Shown piece by piece: positions 47,281-57,171 of a stretch of DNA of 64,000 nucleotides; within the stretch, counting starts at the first letter, position 1; every line of letters starts with the position of its first letter. Origin of the DNA: an uncultured bacterium (GTDB lineage: Bacteria > Krumholzibacteriota > Krumholzibacteriia > LZORAL124-64-63). A program made the translations under genes and the position numbers. The stretch covers positions 96,001 to 160,000 of the forward strand of contig CAVSZB010000003.1 of NCBI GenBank assembly GCA_963732385.1, read 5' to 3'. The notes beneath the pieces were generated by a model. The model had not been told where the DNA came from and did not search any database. It saw only the letters and a program-made list of their open reading frames with translations.

Positions 47281-48120
47281 GTGGAGCTTCTCTGGTCCGG
47301 CACCCTGTGCAAGATGCGGGTCGAGGCGACGGTGCCGGTCACCTACCGGCTGGCCGACGGGTTCCACGATCAGGACCGGCGCGCGGCCGACCTCGTGCTG
47401 AATCCGCTGATCGGACGCGCGGTGGCGCTGCGATTCACGGGGAAGATCGCCTGCGTGGCGTGCGGGCGCGAGGTGAAGAAGACCTTCGCACAGGGGTGGT
47501 GCTTTCCCTGTTCGCAATCTCTGGCCGCAGCCGATCTCTGCATCGTGAGGCCGGAGTTGTGCCACTTCGGCGATCCCGGTCATCCCTGCCGCGACGAATC
47601 GTTCGCCCACGCGCACTGCTTCCAGCCGCACGTCCTGTACGTTTCTCTGACCTCCGGCTTCAAGGTGGGGATCACCCGGAGCGCCAACATTCCGGCGCGC
47701 TGGATCGACCAGGGGGCGGTGGCGGCCATCCCGCTCGCGGTGCTGCCGAACCGGCGCGACGTGGGCCTGATCGAGGCGTCCCTGGCGCAGCGCTTTGCCG
47801 ACAGGACCCACTGGCTGCGCATGCTCCGGGAGGCGAGTCCGGCCGGAGATCTCGCGGCGTACGCGCGCGAGGTGCTGACTGCCCTCGCCGAGCTCGGCGC
47901 TCCCGGCATCCTGCCTCCCGACCAACGGGCGCCGCACGCCTTCGTCTACCCCGTGTCGCGGCATCCCGTCAAAGTGAAGAGCCTCAACCTCGACAAGGAG
48001 CCCGCGGCCGCCGGCGCGCTGCTCGGCATCAAGGGGCAGTACCTGATCCTCGACAGCTGCGTGATCAACCTGCGCAAGTACACGGGGTATCAGGTCGAAC
48101 TGCGGGGGGATCCGGCGTGA
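47281..48120 (+). CDS. DUF2797 family protein
   Basis: CxxC..KKTF.QG.CFPC, KVGITR, RWIDQGA, GIKGQYL. Confidence 0.85.
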   Translation: MELLWSGTLCKMRVEATVPVTYRLADGFHDQDRRAADLVLNPLIGRAVALRFTGKIACVACGREVKKTFAQGWCFPCSQSLAAADLCIVRPELCHFGDPGHPCRDESFAHAHCFQPHVLYVSLTSGFKVGITRSANIPARWIDQGAVAAIPLAVLPNRRDVGLIEASLAQRFADRTHWLRMLREASPAGDLAAYAREVLTALAELGAPGILPPDQRAPHAFVYPVSRHPVKVKSLNLDKEPAAAGALLGIKGQYLILDSCVINLRKYTGYQVELRGDPA

Positions 48121-48476
48121 CAGACGAAGAGCGCGACGAGGCTGACGAGGAACCCGCCTGGCAGACGCCAGCGGATCTTTCCATCGACGGCGTGCTTGAT
48201 CTGCATCAGTTCAGGCCGGAAGAAGCCTCAGACCTGGTGAAGGACTATCTTGACGCCTGTCTGGCGCGGCATGTTCTTGCCGTGAGGATCATCCATGGCA
48301 GGGGGATCGGGAACCTGCGCCGGATCGTGCACGCGGCGCTGCGGCGGCACCCGGCGGTGGTGGACTTCGGACTGGCCACCGACGGTTCAGGCTGGGGGGC
48401 GACTCTGGTCCGACTGACGGCGCCGGGCGCGGAAGGAACGGGGCATGGGCCGCAAGAACCACCCCGGGAAGGCTGA
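48117..48476 (+). CDS. Smr/MutS2-family small endonuclease domain protein
   Basis: LDLHQF, RIIHGRGIGNLR, GWGATLV. Confidence 0.88.
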   Translation: MTDEERDEADEEPAWQTPADLSIDGVLDLHQFRPEEASDLVKDYLDACLARHVLAVRIIHGRGIGNLRRIVHAALRRHPAVVDFGLATDGSGWGATLVRLTAPGAEGTGHGPQEPPREG

Positions 48477-48846
48477 CGACGACGCGCCCCGCCGCGGATT
48501 GCGTCGCAGCATTCGGCTCGACGCGCACGCGGCGGAGGGCGACGGCGCCCGTCCCAGGGAGCGCGCGTCCGACGCCCCGCCGACGATCCAGTTGCGCCGA
48601 CTCATCGCCGAAGTGGCGCTGGAGCGGCTCGCCACGATGTTGCAGGCGTATCGTCACCTGGGCCGGGTCGAAGTGCTCGTGGTGCACGGCCGGGGGCGCA
48701 ATTCGCCGGGCGGCCGGCCGGTGATCGGGCCGCTGGTGCGGCAGTGGTGTGCCGACCATCCCGCCATCGTGGCCGCGACGCGGGAGGCGCCGCCCGCGTG
48801 GGGCGGCGAGGGGGCGCTCGTGGTGACGCTGCGCCCCGAACGCTGA
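48445..48846 (+). CDS. Second Smr-domain protein
   Basis: VLVVHGRGRNS, WGGEGALVVTL; LDLH motif degenerate (IQLRR). Confidence 0.75.
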   Translation: MGRKNHPGKADDDAPRRGLRRSIRLDAHAAEGDGARPRERASDAPPTIQLRRLIAEVALERLATMLQAYRHLGRVEVLVVHGRGRNSPGGRPVIGPLVRQWCADHPAIVAATREAPPAWGGEGALVVTLRPER

Positions 48847-48856
48847 AGGAGGTTCC

Positions 48857-49618
48857 ATGACCGGGAATGCCGCTGCCGGAACCGATCGGCCGCTGGCCGG
48901 GCGGGTCGCGCTTGTCACGGGGGCCGCCCGCCGGGTGGGGCGCGTGCTGGCCATCGCTCTCGCGCGAGCCGGAGCCGATGTGGCGATCCACTTCCGCGGA
49001 CCGCAGACCGAGGCGCTCGCCGTTGCCAAAGAGGTCGGAATGCTGGGCGTGCGCGCGGCGATGCTGCGCGCCGAGCTCGGTGACGCCGAGAAGGTCGACC
49101 GTCTCATCGACGAGGCGGCGGCCGCGCTCGCGCCGGTGGACATCCTGGTGAACAACGCGTCGGTCTTCGCGAATATTCCGCTGGCCGCCACCGACGCGCG
49201 GATCTGGGACGAGAACGCGGCGATCAATCTGCGGGCGCCGTTTTTGCTGTCCCGGGCGTTTGCGCGCGCGCTGCCGGCCGAGCGCACCGGCGACATCATC
49301 AATCTCAACGACTGGCGCGCGCTGCGGCCCGGCGGCGACCACTTCGCCTACACCGTGAGCAAGGTCGGGCTGCATGGTCTGACCCGAAGCCTGGCCGTGG
49401 CGCTGGCGCCGCGGATCAAGGTGAACGAGATCGCGTTGGGAGCCGTGCTGCCACCGGAGCGGGAGTCGGAAGACTATGTGCATGCGCTCAAGCGGAAGAT
49501 CCCGCTCGACCGCTGGTCGACCCCGGAAGAGGTGGCCGACGCACTCATGTTCCTCGTGACCTGCCCCTCGATTACCGGGCAGACGATCCTGGTCGACGGC
49601 GGCCGGCATCTTGTCTAG
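48857..49618 (+). CDS. SDR oxidoreductase, FolM/pteridine reductase-like
   Basis: TGAARRVG, NNAS, YTVSK, VDGGRHL; directly upstream of folB. Confidence 0.85.
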   Translation: MTGNAAAGTDRPLAGRVALVTGAARRVGRVLAIALARAGADVAIHFRGPQTEALAVAKEVGMLGVRAAMLRAELGDAEKVDRLIDEAAAALAPVDILVNNASVFANIPLAATDARIWDENAAINLRAPFLLSRAFARALPAERTGDIINLNDWRALRPGGDHFAYTVSKVGLHGLTRSLAVALAPRIKVNEIALGAVLPPERESEDYVHALKRKIPLDRWSTPEEVADALMFLVTCPSITGQTILVDGGRHLV

Positions 49619-49627
49619 GCTGGGGCG

Positions 49628-49993
49628 ATGGACGCGGACAAGATCCTGATCCGGGACCTGCTGCTGCGCGGTATCGTCGGCGTCAAGCCTGACGAGCGCG
49701 CGAATCGCCAGGACATCCTCATCAACCTCGTGCTCACCGCCGATCTGCACCCCGCCGGCGCCAGCGACCGCATAGATGATGCCGTCAACTACCGCACGAT
49801 CACCAAGGAGGTCATCGCGCTGGTGGAGAGCGCGGAATTCGCGACCGTGGAGAAGCTCGCCACGGAAATCGCGCGCCTCATCGTGACCGGACACCCGGTC
49901 GCCGAAGCCGAGGTCACGGTCGAGAAGCCGGGGGCCCTGCGCTTCGCCCGCTCGGTCGGCGTCTGCGTGACCAGACGGCGGGACGACTTCTGA
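49628..49993 (+). CDS. folB: Dihydroneopterin aldolase
   Basis: GIVGV..DER..RQ, VNY, KPGALRFA.SVGV. Confidence 0.93.
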   Translation: MDADKILIRDLLLRGIVGVKPDERANRQDILINLVLTADLHPAGASDRIDDAVNYRTITKEVIALVESAEFATVEKLATEIARLIVTGHPVAEAEVTVEKPGALRFARSVGVCVTRRRDDF

Positions 49994-50526
49994 TGGCGCT
50001 GGTGGCGCTCTCGCTGGGATCGAACATCGAACCGGGACGCAATCTGCTGCTCGCGGTCGCCATGCTGCGGGGGGCGGGGCGGATCGTCGGCGTGTCGCGG
50101 GTTTTCGAGACCGATCCGGTGGACGTTCCGGGCGGGTCTCTGTTTCTCAACGCGGCGGTCCTGTTCGAGACCGCCCTCGATCCCTCCACGCTCAAGCGCG
50201 ACGTGATCGGCGGCATCGAGCGGGCGCTCGGCCGGGTGCGCGATCCGGAGGACCGGAACGCGCCGCGCACGATCGATATCGACATCTCTCTGTGGGATGA
50301 AGAGGCCGGGACGGAGGGCGCGCCGTCGCCGGATCCCGACATCGCCCGGCGGGCGCATGTGGCGGTGCCGCTGGCGGATCTCCTGCCGGAACGGATCGTG
50401 CCGGGGGACGGTCGCGCCCTCGGGGAGATCGCGGCGGCCCTCGTCGCACCGGGTGCGGCGGCCGATGCGTTGCCGAAGGTGCGGGTCGACCTGTCGCTGC
50501 GCGGCGCAGCCGGACTGGGCGCCTGA
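49993..50526 (+). CDS. folK: 6-hydroxymethyl-7,8-dihydropterin pyrophosphokinase
   Basis: LSLGSN, FLNAAV, PRTIDIDI. Confidence 0.93.
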   Translation: MALVALSLGSNIEPGRNLLLAVAMLRGAGRIVGVSRVFETDPVDVPGGSLFLNAAVLFETALDPSTLKRDVIGGIERALGRVRDPEDRNAPRTIDIDISLWDEEAGTEGAPSPDPDIARRAHVAVPLADLLPERIVPGDGRALGEIAAALVAPGAAADALPKVRVDLSLRGAAGLGA

Positions 50527-50536
50527 CGAGCCGCGG

Positions 50537-52084
50537 CTACGGGAAGTGGAGCGGCAGCGCCCACTGTTCCACCATCCGCCCATTCACCCAGATCGTGTAA
50601 TCGAACGGGTCGGGGTGTATTCCGCTGTCCATGATCAACTCGATCCGGCCGTGGCGGAAATCGCGCGCGTAGTTGTTTCCGCTGATCAGCGGCGGGCCGA
50701 GCGCCGGCCCGAGGCTGATGTCCACGTTCGTCCAGCCGTAGCCCCAGATGCCGCCCGGATTCCACGCCGAGTACGTGCCGGCCAGCAGCCCGATGGCGCG
50801 GAACAGGTTGCCGAGGATGAGCGGCTTCATCGTGCCAGTATAATAATCGTAATAGCTGTTCTGGGTCGTGCTGGCGAGGATGTTGTAGGGGCCTCCGTTG
50901 TCGCGCCGGGGCCAGTTTATCGTGCGGAAGACATTGTAGGGGAACGACGGGCTCAGGGCGTTGCGCACCGTTTCCGGGCGCGGGAAGAAGATCTCCGGGA
51001 ACATCTCGTAGAACATACCGTCGCCCAGGGCCGCGAAGGCGGAGTCGGCGTACGCCCGCTGTCCGTTGAAGATCTGGATGAAGTCGTCACCCAGCGAGTC
51101 GCGCACGGCGCTGATGAGCGAAGCTTCCCCCGCCTTGAAGGCCGCGATCTCGTCGGGGTCGGACGCCATGGCGATGCCGTCGCCATCGAAATCGGGCTCA
51201 CCGTCGACGATCGGATCGACCGCGGGCGCGATCCAGATCAGATTGTTGAAGTAGTCCCAGAAAATGCCGTCGAACTTGTTGTTCGAGTTGCGCTGGAACT
51301 CCACGATCGTGCGCACCATCGCCTCGCGGCAGGCCGGGTTGGTGATGTCGATCACCGGCTGCCCCGGCCAGTCCATCAGGGTGTCGCCGAGCGTGGTGGA
51401 AACCCAGAAGGGGCGCGTGCGGTCGAACCAGGCCTGGCAGAACGGCAGGTTCGCACCGGAATTCTCCCAGTTCAGCATCGAGGTCTTGCCCAGGACGTAG
51501 CCGATCACCCGGCAATCGGGATTGATGGCCTTGATCCGGTCGATGACGTGCAGCGACTCGTTCAGCGGGTTGCCCCACAGGTAATTCGGCGTCAGGACGA
51601 CCAGATCGGCGCGCGCGTACTTTTCGAACTGACCCGGCACGGTCCAGTCGATCGACATCCAGTCGTTGATCGCGTACAGGCGGGGAGAATGGGGCGCGAA
51701 GAGCGTGCCGAGATCACTGGCCACCACCCGGACCCGGTAGTCGTTCCCCTCCCGATCGGGGTTGTCGAAGCCGAAATTCCAGACGATGTGCCGGCCGGAC
51801 CCCGGAGCGATGCCCGGCCCGGCATCGCCCGTGTATTGCGAACAGGGCATGACCCAGTCGGCGCCGCCGTCGTCCGAGACGAGCAGGGTGACGGCGCAGG
51901 TGTCGCCGTCGGCGTCCGCCAGGTCGTAGGTGACGTCCACGAGCCGGCTGCCATCGGTCCGCTGGGCGAACCGCACGTTGCTGACGACAGGATCGGCCGC
52001 GCGCGCCGTCGGGGCGGACGCGGTGGCGAGGCCGAGCAGCGCGATGGCGAGTGTGCAGGCGCGGAGGCCGGGGGCGTGCGTCAA
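50537..52084 (-). CDS. Secreted putative glycoside hydrolase-like protein with N-terminal Ig-like domain
   Basis: TTG start overlapping the upstream TGA (TTGA); signal peptide; IKAINPD, IDITNP, FDGIFWD motifs; DFDGDG Ca-loop. Confidence 0.7.
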   Translation of the reverse strand: MTHAPGLRACTLAIALLGLATASAPTARAADPVVSNVRFAQRTDGSRLVDVTYDLADADGDTCAVTLLVSDDGGADWVMPCSQYTGDAGPGIAPGSGRHIVWNFGFDNPDREGNDYRVRVVASDLGTLFAPHSPRLYAINDWMSIDWTVPGQFEKYARADLVVLTPNYLWGNPLNESLHVIDRIKAINPDCRVIGYVLGKTSMLNWENSGANLPFCQAWFDRTRPFWVSTTLGDTLMDWPGQPVIDITNPACREAMVRTIVEFQRNSNNKFDGIFWDYFNNLIWIAPAVDPIVDGEPDFDGDGIAMASDPDEIAAFKAGEASLISAVRDSLGDDFIQIFNGQRAYADSAFAALGDGMFYEMFPEIFFPRPETVRNALSPSFPYNVFRTINWPRRDNGGPYNILASTTQNSYYDYYTGTMKPLILGNLFRAIGLLAGTYSAWNPGGIWGYGWTNVDISLGPALGPPLISGNNYARDFRHGRIELIMDSGIHPDPFDYTIWVNGRMVEQWALPLHFP

Positions 52085-52827
52085 GGCACCATCACCACCT
52101 TGGTCGTGAGTTCGGCCTGTCCGGAGGCGCCGCGCCAGGTCAGGCGCAGCAGGTACGTGCCGGCGGCGACACGCCGGCCGGTGTGGTCGGTGCCGTTCCA
52201 GATCGCCTCGTACTCGCCTGCCTCGCGCGGCCCCTCGGCCAGCGTGCGGATCATGCGGCCGCGGGCATCGTAAAGCACGAGCCGCACCTCTCCGGGCGCC
52301 GCCAGGGCCCACGCCAGGCGGGTGGCCGGATTGAAGGGGTTCGGGTGCGGGGGCCGCAGCACGACCGGGTTGCCCGCGAAGGTTGGGGTGACGCCGGTCG
52401 TGGAGGCGAGGATCGAGAACCGGGTGGTGGTGGCCGCGGTGCGGTTGCCGAAGGAGTCGGCCGCCGTGACCGTCAGGAAGCAGAGCGCCGAATTGAGCTC
52501 CGGAACCGGCCAGGCCCACTGCACCGGGCCGGACAGGGGAGGGGCGGCAAGACTGTCGAGCGCGGCGAGATCCATCATTACGCGCGCCAGGAGGGCCGCG
52601 GAACCGGAACCGGGGTGCAGTTCGCCGAACGTCCAGGCGAAAAGGGCCGTTTCGCCGCCGCGATAAGTCTGGCCGATCGGCAGGATCGGCAGGACGACCT
52701 CGGGGTTGCGGGCATCCAGGGGGCCGGGCGCGGCGTCTCCCCGCCCGACGCCGGCCTGAACGCAAGCCGGCAGCCCCGCGGCAAACATAAAAAGAATAAA
52801 CAAACTACATAAATACAAAAACCTCAC
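52081..52827 (-). CDS. Secreted Ig-like protein with FlgD-Ig/T9SS-like C-terminal sorting domain
   Basis: Signal peptide from GTG 52827 (approximate); LTVTAADSFGN, PNPFNP, WNGTD, GTYLLRL, KVVMVP. Confidence 0.8.
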   Translation of the reverse strand: MRFLYLCSLFILFMFAAGLPACVQAGVGRGDAAPGPLDARNPEVVLPILPIGQTYRGGETALFAWTFGELHPGSGSAALLARVMMDLAALDSLAAPPLSGPVQWAWPVPELNSALCFLTVTAADSFGNRTAATTTRFSILASTTGVTPTFAGNPVVLRPPHPNPFNPATRLAWALAAPGEVRLVLYDARGRMIRTLAEGPREAGEYEAIWNGTDHTGRRVAAGTYLLRLTWRGASGQAELTTKVVMVP

Positions 52828-52981
52828 CCTGCATGCACTTTCCCTCGACCAGCCCGAAAAGAGACTCTTCGGGTTCCAGGTCGAGATTGGCACTTCGGGC
52901 GAGGTTGTCGCATAATGATAACACAAGTGAGGATCGGCGGACAAGGGGGGTGCCCGGGGGCGCCCCGGAAGGACGATTAAC

Positions 52982-53395
52982 GTGGTTGGCCTGCGCAAGC
53001 GCCTGATCGTGGTGGGAGATCGCATCCTCGTGCGGCCCGAACGGGGGGAGGAGCGGACCAATACCGGACTTTACCTGCCTCAGACCGCCATCAGTTCGCG
53101 TCTGGCGCAGGGGGGATGGGTGGCGGCGGTCGGGCCGGGCCTGCCGATTCCTGAGCTTGCCGACCTGTACGACGAGTCGGCCTCGCCGCGCGAGTCGGTG
53201 GCGCGGTACGTCCCCCTGCAGGCACAGGAGGGGGATTACATGCTCTTTCTGCGCAAGGCAGCCGTGGAAATCACCTTCGACCAGCAGCAATATCTGATCG
53301 TGCCGAACTCGGCGGTTCTGGTCCTGATGCGCGAGGACTGGGACGGGGATCTGCACGGCTCCCTGCCGCGGAGCACCGACGAACCGCCGGAATGA
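52982..53395 (+). CDS. Orphan GroES-family co-chaperonin
   Basis: GDRILVRP, GLYLP, VAAVGPG; no groEL adjacent. Confidence 0.85.
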   Translation: MVGLRKRLIVVGDRILVRPERGEERTNTGLYLPQTAISSRLAQGGWVAAVGPGLPIPELADLYDESASPRESVARYVPLQAQEGDYMLFLRKAAVEITFDQQQYLIVPNSAVLVLMREDWDGDLHGSLPRSTDEPPE

Positions 53396-53518
53396 TGCCG
53401 CGCAACCCCTGCACGGGCTAAACCCCGCCCCGGTCCGACCGATCCTTTAAGGCAGAATTGCGCCGCTCGCCCGCTTTCGCCCGGCTGGCGCTACGCAGCG
53501 CAAAGAGGAGACGGCCCG

Positions 53519-53995
53519 TTGAAAACCCTAGTCGATGCCATCATGAATCGCCGCGTCACCCTCGGCAGGGTGGTGACTCTGCGTCTGGCCGCGCGCAACG
53601 ACATCCGTGTGGTGGAGCAGGTCGTGCGGGAAGTGATGCGTTTTCTGGACGACCAGGCCCGGCCGTCCGACGATTGGCAGCTCCGTTTCGCGCTCTGTCT
53701 GCGCGAGACGGTCTACAACGCCGTCATGCACGGCAACCAGAACCGACGCGATGCCGCCGTCGACATCGAGGCGCAGTGGCACCCCGATGAGCGGCGCGCC
53801 GTGCTGATCGTGCGGGACGGCGGTCGTGGCTTCGACTGGAAGGCCGCGCTGGAGAGCGAACGCACCCAGGGCGCGGACCGCGTGCGAGGCCGCGGCCTGG
53901 TGATCCTGGCCGAGATGACTGAACAGGTGGATGTGGATTCGGGCGAGGTCCGTTTCACGCTGAGCCTGCCGCCGCCGGCGGACGGCCCGGCCTGA
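53519..53995 (+). CDS. RsbW-like anti-sigma factor / HATPase_c kinase
   Basis: ETVYNAVMHGN, VRDGGRGFD, RGRGL. Confidence 0.85.
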   Translation: MKTLVDAIMNRRVTLGRVVTLRLAARNDIRVVEQVVREVMRFLDDQARPSDDWQLRFALCLRETVYNAVMHGNQNRRDAAVDIEAQWHPDERRAVLIVRDGGRGFDWKAALESERTQGADRVRGRGLVILAEMTEQVDVDSGEVRFTLSLPPPADGPA

Positions 53996-54026
53996 GCGCC
54001 GAGTCCGACAGGGGAAAGGAAACGCA

Positions 54027-54365
54027 ATGTTGCAGAGCGCGCGGAACGGGATCCTTACGCTGGCGCCGGAGCAGCCGTTGATCGCCATCAACGAAGGTGA
54101 ACTGGGCGCCGACATGGCCGAGGCGCTCGCCGTGCACGCGGGCCAGTTCTCCGATGTCTGCTTCGACCTGTCGCGCGTGATCGAGATCGATTCCAGGGGG
54201 GTTGGCCTGGTGGTCGATCTGCATCGGCGTTGCCGCCAGCAGGGGGCGCATCTGCGCGTGATCGGCGTGACCCCGCACATCCGCCGGGTGTTCGACCTGT
54301 TCCAGCTCGCGGCGCTGTTCCAGGTCGAGGAGCTCGTCGAGCCGGCGGGTCGCGGCGAGGCCTGA
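54027..54365 (+). CDS. STAS domain anti-sigma factor antagonist
   Basis: DLSRVIEIDSRGVG with phospho-acceptor Ser. Confidence 0.88.
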   Translation: MLQSARNGILTLAPEQPLIAINEGELGADMAEALAVHAGQFSDVCFDLSRVIEIDSRGVGLVVDLHRRCRQQGAHLRVIGVTPHIRRVFDLFQLAALFQVEELVEPAGRGEA

Positions 54366-54385
54366 GCGAAGCGCAGCCGCAAACG

Positions 54386-54416
54386 CGCGGGCCCGCCCAA
54401 CGCCGACGGGCCCGCG
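54386..54416. terminator. GC-rich hairpin between convergent genes
   Basis: CGCGGGCCCG-N11-CGGGCCCGCG; no clear U-tract. Confidence 0.4.
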
Positions 54417-54441
54417 ACGAGTCTCTCCCGGCGATCTCCCG

Positions 54442-57054
54442 CTACCGCGCGTAAAGCTCGTTCCACCACTCCGGCTCGTTTTTCAGCCACTTCGCGAACC
54501 AGGCGAGGATCGTGTCGTTCCAGAGGATGCGCTGATCGCGATTGATGATGTGATGGTTCTGCCCCTCGACCCGCACGTATTCCACTTCGCGGCCCAGCAG
54601 CTTCAGCGCGGTGTAGAGCTGATCGCTCTCGCCGGGGGGGACATTCGTGTCGGCGCTGCCGTGCAGAAGCAGCAGCGGGGTGTGGATTTTGTCGGCGCTG
54701 AAGAGCGCGCTCTGGTTCACGTACAGATCGCGATGGGACCAGGGAAAGGCATCGGCCAGCGCGCGGGCGCCGTAGTCGTAGCCCCAGTAGCCCTCGCCCC
54801 AGTAGCCGGCGATCGACGAAATTCCGGCATGGCTGATGCCGCAGGCGAACATGTCGGTGCGGGTGAGGAGGTACTCGGTGAGAAAGCCGCCGTACGAGGC
54901 GCCGATGCAGGCGAGCCTGTCCTTGTCGACGAACGGGTGCGCGGCAAGAAAGGCCTGTGTGCCGTCGATCACTTCCTGTGCCGTGCGGGCGCCCCAGTCG
55001 TTGACGTGACGCGCCGCGAATTCCTGCCCGTAGCCGGTGGCTCCGCTCGGTTGCGGCACGTAGACGAAGTAGCCCAGACCGGCCCAGACGTTCTTCGGGT
55101 AGCGCCCGGCGAAGTCGCGTCCCACCGGCGTGGTGCCGCCGTAATAGTAGACGATGCAGGGGTATTTCCGCGCCGGATCGAAGTCGAGCGGGTAGTAGAC
55201 GCGGCCGTCGAGCCGCTCGCCCGACGGCAGTTTCGCCGGCCAGTCCTCGACCCGTCCGAGGCGGACGTCCCGGTAGTATCCGGCCGCCGGCTCCACGATG
55301 ACGCGCGACAGTCCCCGCCTGAGGTCCACCAGCGAGAGGCGCTGCGGCTGTGTGGCGCCGCTGCCGAGCGCGAGGCCGAGCGGGGCATCGACGGCCAGAT
55401 CGAAGTTCTCCACTACGTCCATGTCCACGGCAAGCCGGGTCCACTTCCGTGAAGCAGGGTCGAGGGCCTGAAGATCCTGGCGCTGGCCCGCGACGACCAG
55501 TGCGTAGATGCGCCCGTCCTTGCGGTTCCACGTCATCCGGAGCAGGTCCGGAGCGAAGTCGCGGCTGACCGCCGTCGGCGTGCCGGTACGCAGGTCGTAG
55601 AGGTAGAGCTGACCGCCGTAATCGTTGGCCACGGTCCCCTCCGGCAGGTCCCGGCCCAGGCCGCCGAACGCCGAGGGCGAACCCTGCAGCGCGAGCGCCT
55701 GCCCGTCGGGTCCGTACTCGGCTGCTTCGATCCAGGGGTCGACAAGGATGATTCGCGCGGCCAGCGTGGTCAGGTTTAGCTCCCACAGTTCGCGGTGGGT
55801 GTAGGGGCGCACGGTGTAGTCGGGCCACTCGCGGAAGAACAGGAGCCGGCTGCCGTCCGGGGATATGCGCCAGTTGTCGGCGCTCCACTCGCCGGCGGTG
55901 AGACGGCGCGTGGCGCCGTCCGGCACGGAGACCTGCACGAGGCGCGTGCGGTCGCGCCATTCGGGCTGTCGGTCGGCCAGATTCGCGAAACGCTTCATCT
56001 GGCGCTTGTCGGGCTCGGCCTTGACCACGTGCTGGCAGACCAGGAACGTCCCGTCGGGACTCCAGGCGTACTCGGCGAGGTCTGCGGCATCGCGCAGCAG
56101 GGGCGAGGTTTCGCCGGTCGCGAGGTCGAGCAGCCAGATGGTGGTCCGGTCGTCGGAGCTGCTCGTGTAGGAGAGGCGCAGGCCGGTCGGCGCCCAGCGC
56201 ACGTTGTCCATGTCGAGGGCGCCGCGCCAGCTGCGTTCGAGGCGGCCGTCGGACGCGCGGCGCAGTTCGACCCAGGTCTCGCGCTGCCCGCCCGGCCCGA
56301 CTTCCGCGAGCGTGAGCGCGATGAGCCGGCCGTCCGGCGAGATGGCGGGGGTGGTGATCGCCGGAGCGTCGAGCACGTCGCGGACGGTCTGCGCGCGCAG
56401 CGGGGCGGTCGAGACGCGGAGCGCGTCGGCGGGGACGTCCGTGCCTGGCGCGAGCGACGCGGCGATGCCCCACGCCCCCTTCACCGCGGGATCGGCCACG
56501 GTGTGAAGCAGCAGCAGGTGCCTGCCGGGCGCCAGTTTGAGCGGGGCCGTTTGGCGCGTCTTCGTCGTGTCGCCGGGGGCGGGCGCGGGCGCGAGCGTGA
56601 GTGGTTCACCGTCGAGCCACGCGGCGATCGGGTGTGCGGTGACGAGCGTCAGGGTCGCGGCCAGCCAGCGCCCGCACTCGAGGCGGGTGGCGAGCCAGGC
56701 GACCGACGGCTGGTCGTTCGCCGGGCGCGCCAGGGCCGCTTCCGCGCCCGCGCTCGGCCGCCAGGCGTGGAGGCCCGCGCCGGGCAGCGTCACGGTGTCT
56801 GCGGCGTGCGGATCGAGGCGCCGGGGGTCGAGCGCGCCGGCGTCGGCCAGATCTCCCGCCGCGAACCCTCTCACCTTGTCGGCGTGGAACGCCGGCAACG
56901 GTGCCGGCGTCGGCCCGAGCAGCAGCCACGCCGTCAGCGGGAGGGGGGGCGGGGCCTGGGCGGTGTCGCTCCGGGCGGGCGCAGTCGCGGCGGCGGGCGA
57001 CGACAGGGCCAGAAAGGCAAGCAGGGCGAGGACAAAGGAGCGCTTGAGCGACAT
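54442..57054 (-). CDS. S9 family (prolyl oligopeptidase/acylaminoacyl) peptidase
   Basis: Signal peptide, SPDG propeller repeats, GASYGG, DTNV, NHH. Confidence 0.93.
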   Translation of the reverse strand: MSLKRSFVLALLAFLALSSPAAATAPARSDTAQAPPPLPLTAWLLLGPTPAPLPAFHADKVRGFAAGDLADAGALDPRRLDPHAADTVTLPGAGLHAWRPSAGAEAALARPANDQPSVAWLATRLECGRWLAATLTLVTAHPIAAWLDGEPLTLAPAPAPGDTTKTRQTAPLKLAPGRHLLLLHTVADPAVKGAWGIAASLAPGTDVPADALRVSTAPLRAQTVRDVLDAPAITTPAISPDGRLIALTLAEVGPGGQRETWVELRRASDGRLERSWRGALDMDNVRWAPTGLRLSYTSSSDDRTTIWLLDLATGETSPLLRDAADLAEYAWSPDGTFLVCQHVVKAEPDKRQMKRFANLADRQPEWRDRTRLVQVSVPDGATRRLTAGEWSADNWRISPDGSRLLFFREWPDYTVRPYTHRELWELNLTTLAARIILVDPWIEAAEYGPDGQALALQGSPSAFGGLGRDLPEGTVANDYGGQLYLYDLRTGTPTAVSRDFAPDLLRMTWNRKDGRIYALVVAGQRQDLQALDPASRKWTRLAVDMDVVENFDLAVDAPLGLALGSGATQPQRLSLVDLRRGLSRVIVEPAAGYYRDVRLGRVEDWPAKLPSGERLDGRVYYPLDFDPARKYPCIVYYYGGTTPVGRDFAGRYPKNVWAGLGYFVYVPQPSGATGYGQEFAARHVNDWGARTAQEVIDGTQAFLAAHPFVDKDRLACIGASYGGFLTEYLLTRTDMFACGISHAGISSIAGYWGEGYWGYDYGARALADAFPWSHRDLYVNQSALFSADKIHTPLLLLHGSADTNVPPGESDQLYTALKLLGREVEYVRVEGQNHHIINRDQRILWNDTILAWFAKWLKNEPEWWNELYAR

Positions 57055-57171
57055 GCTGAGCCTCCACGGAGACGGGGCCGGTTCAGACGGCCCGGAGAGT
57101 GTCGCCGTCCGGCGAAGAGGTTACGGCACGGGATCGGCTCCATCAACTGGGTTGACGCTCAACACGCGGCG

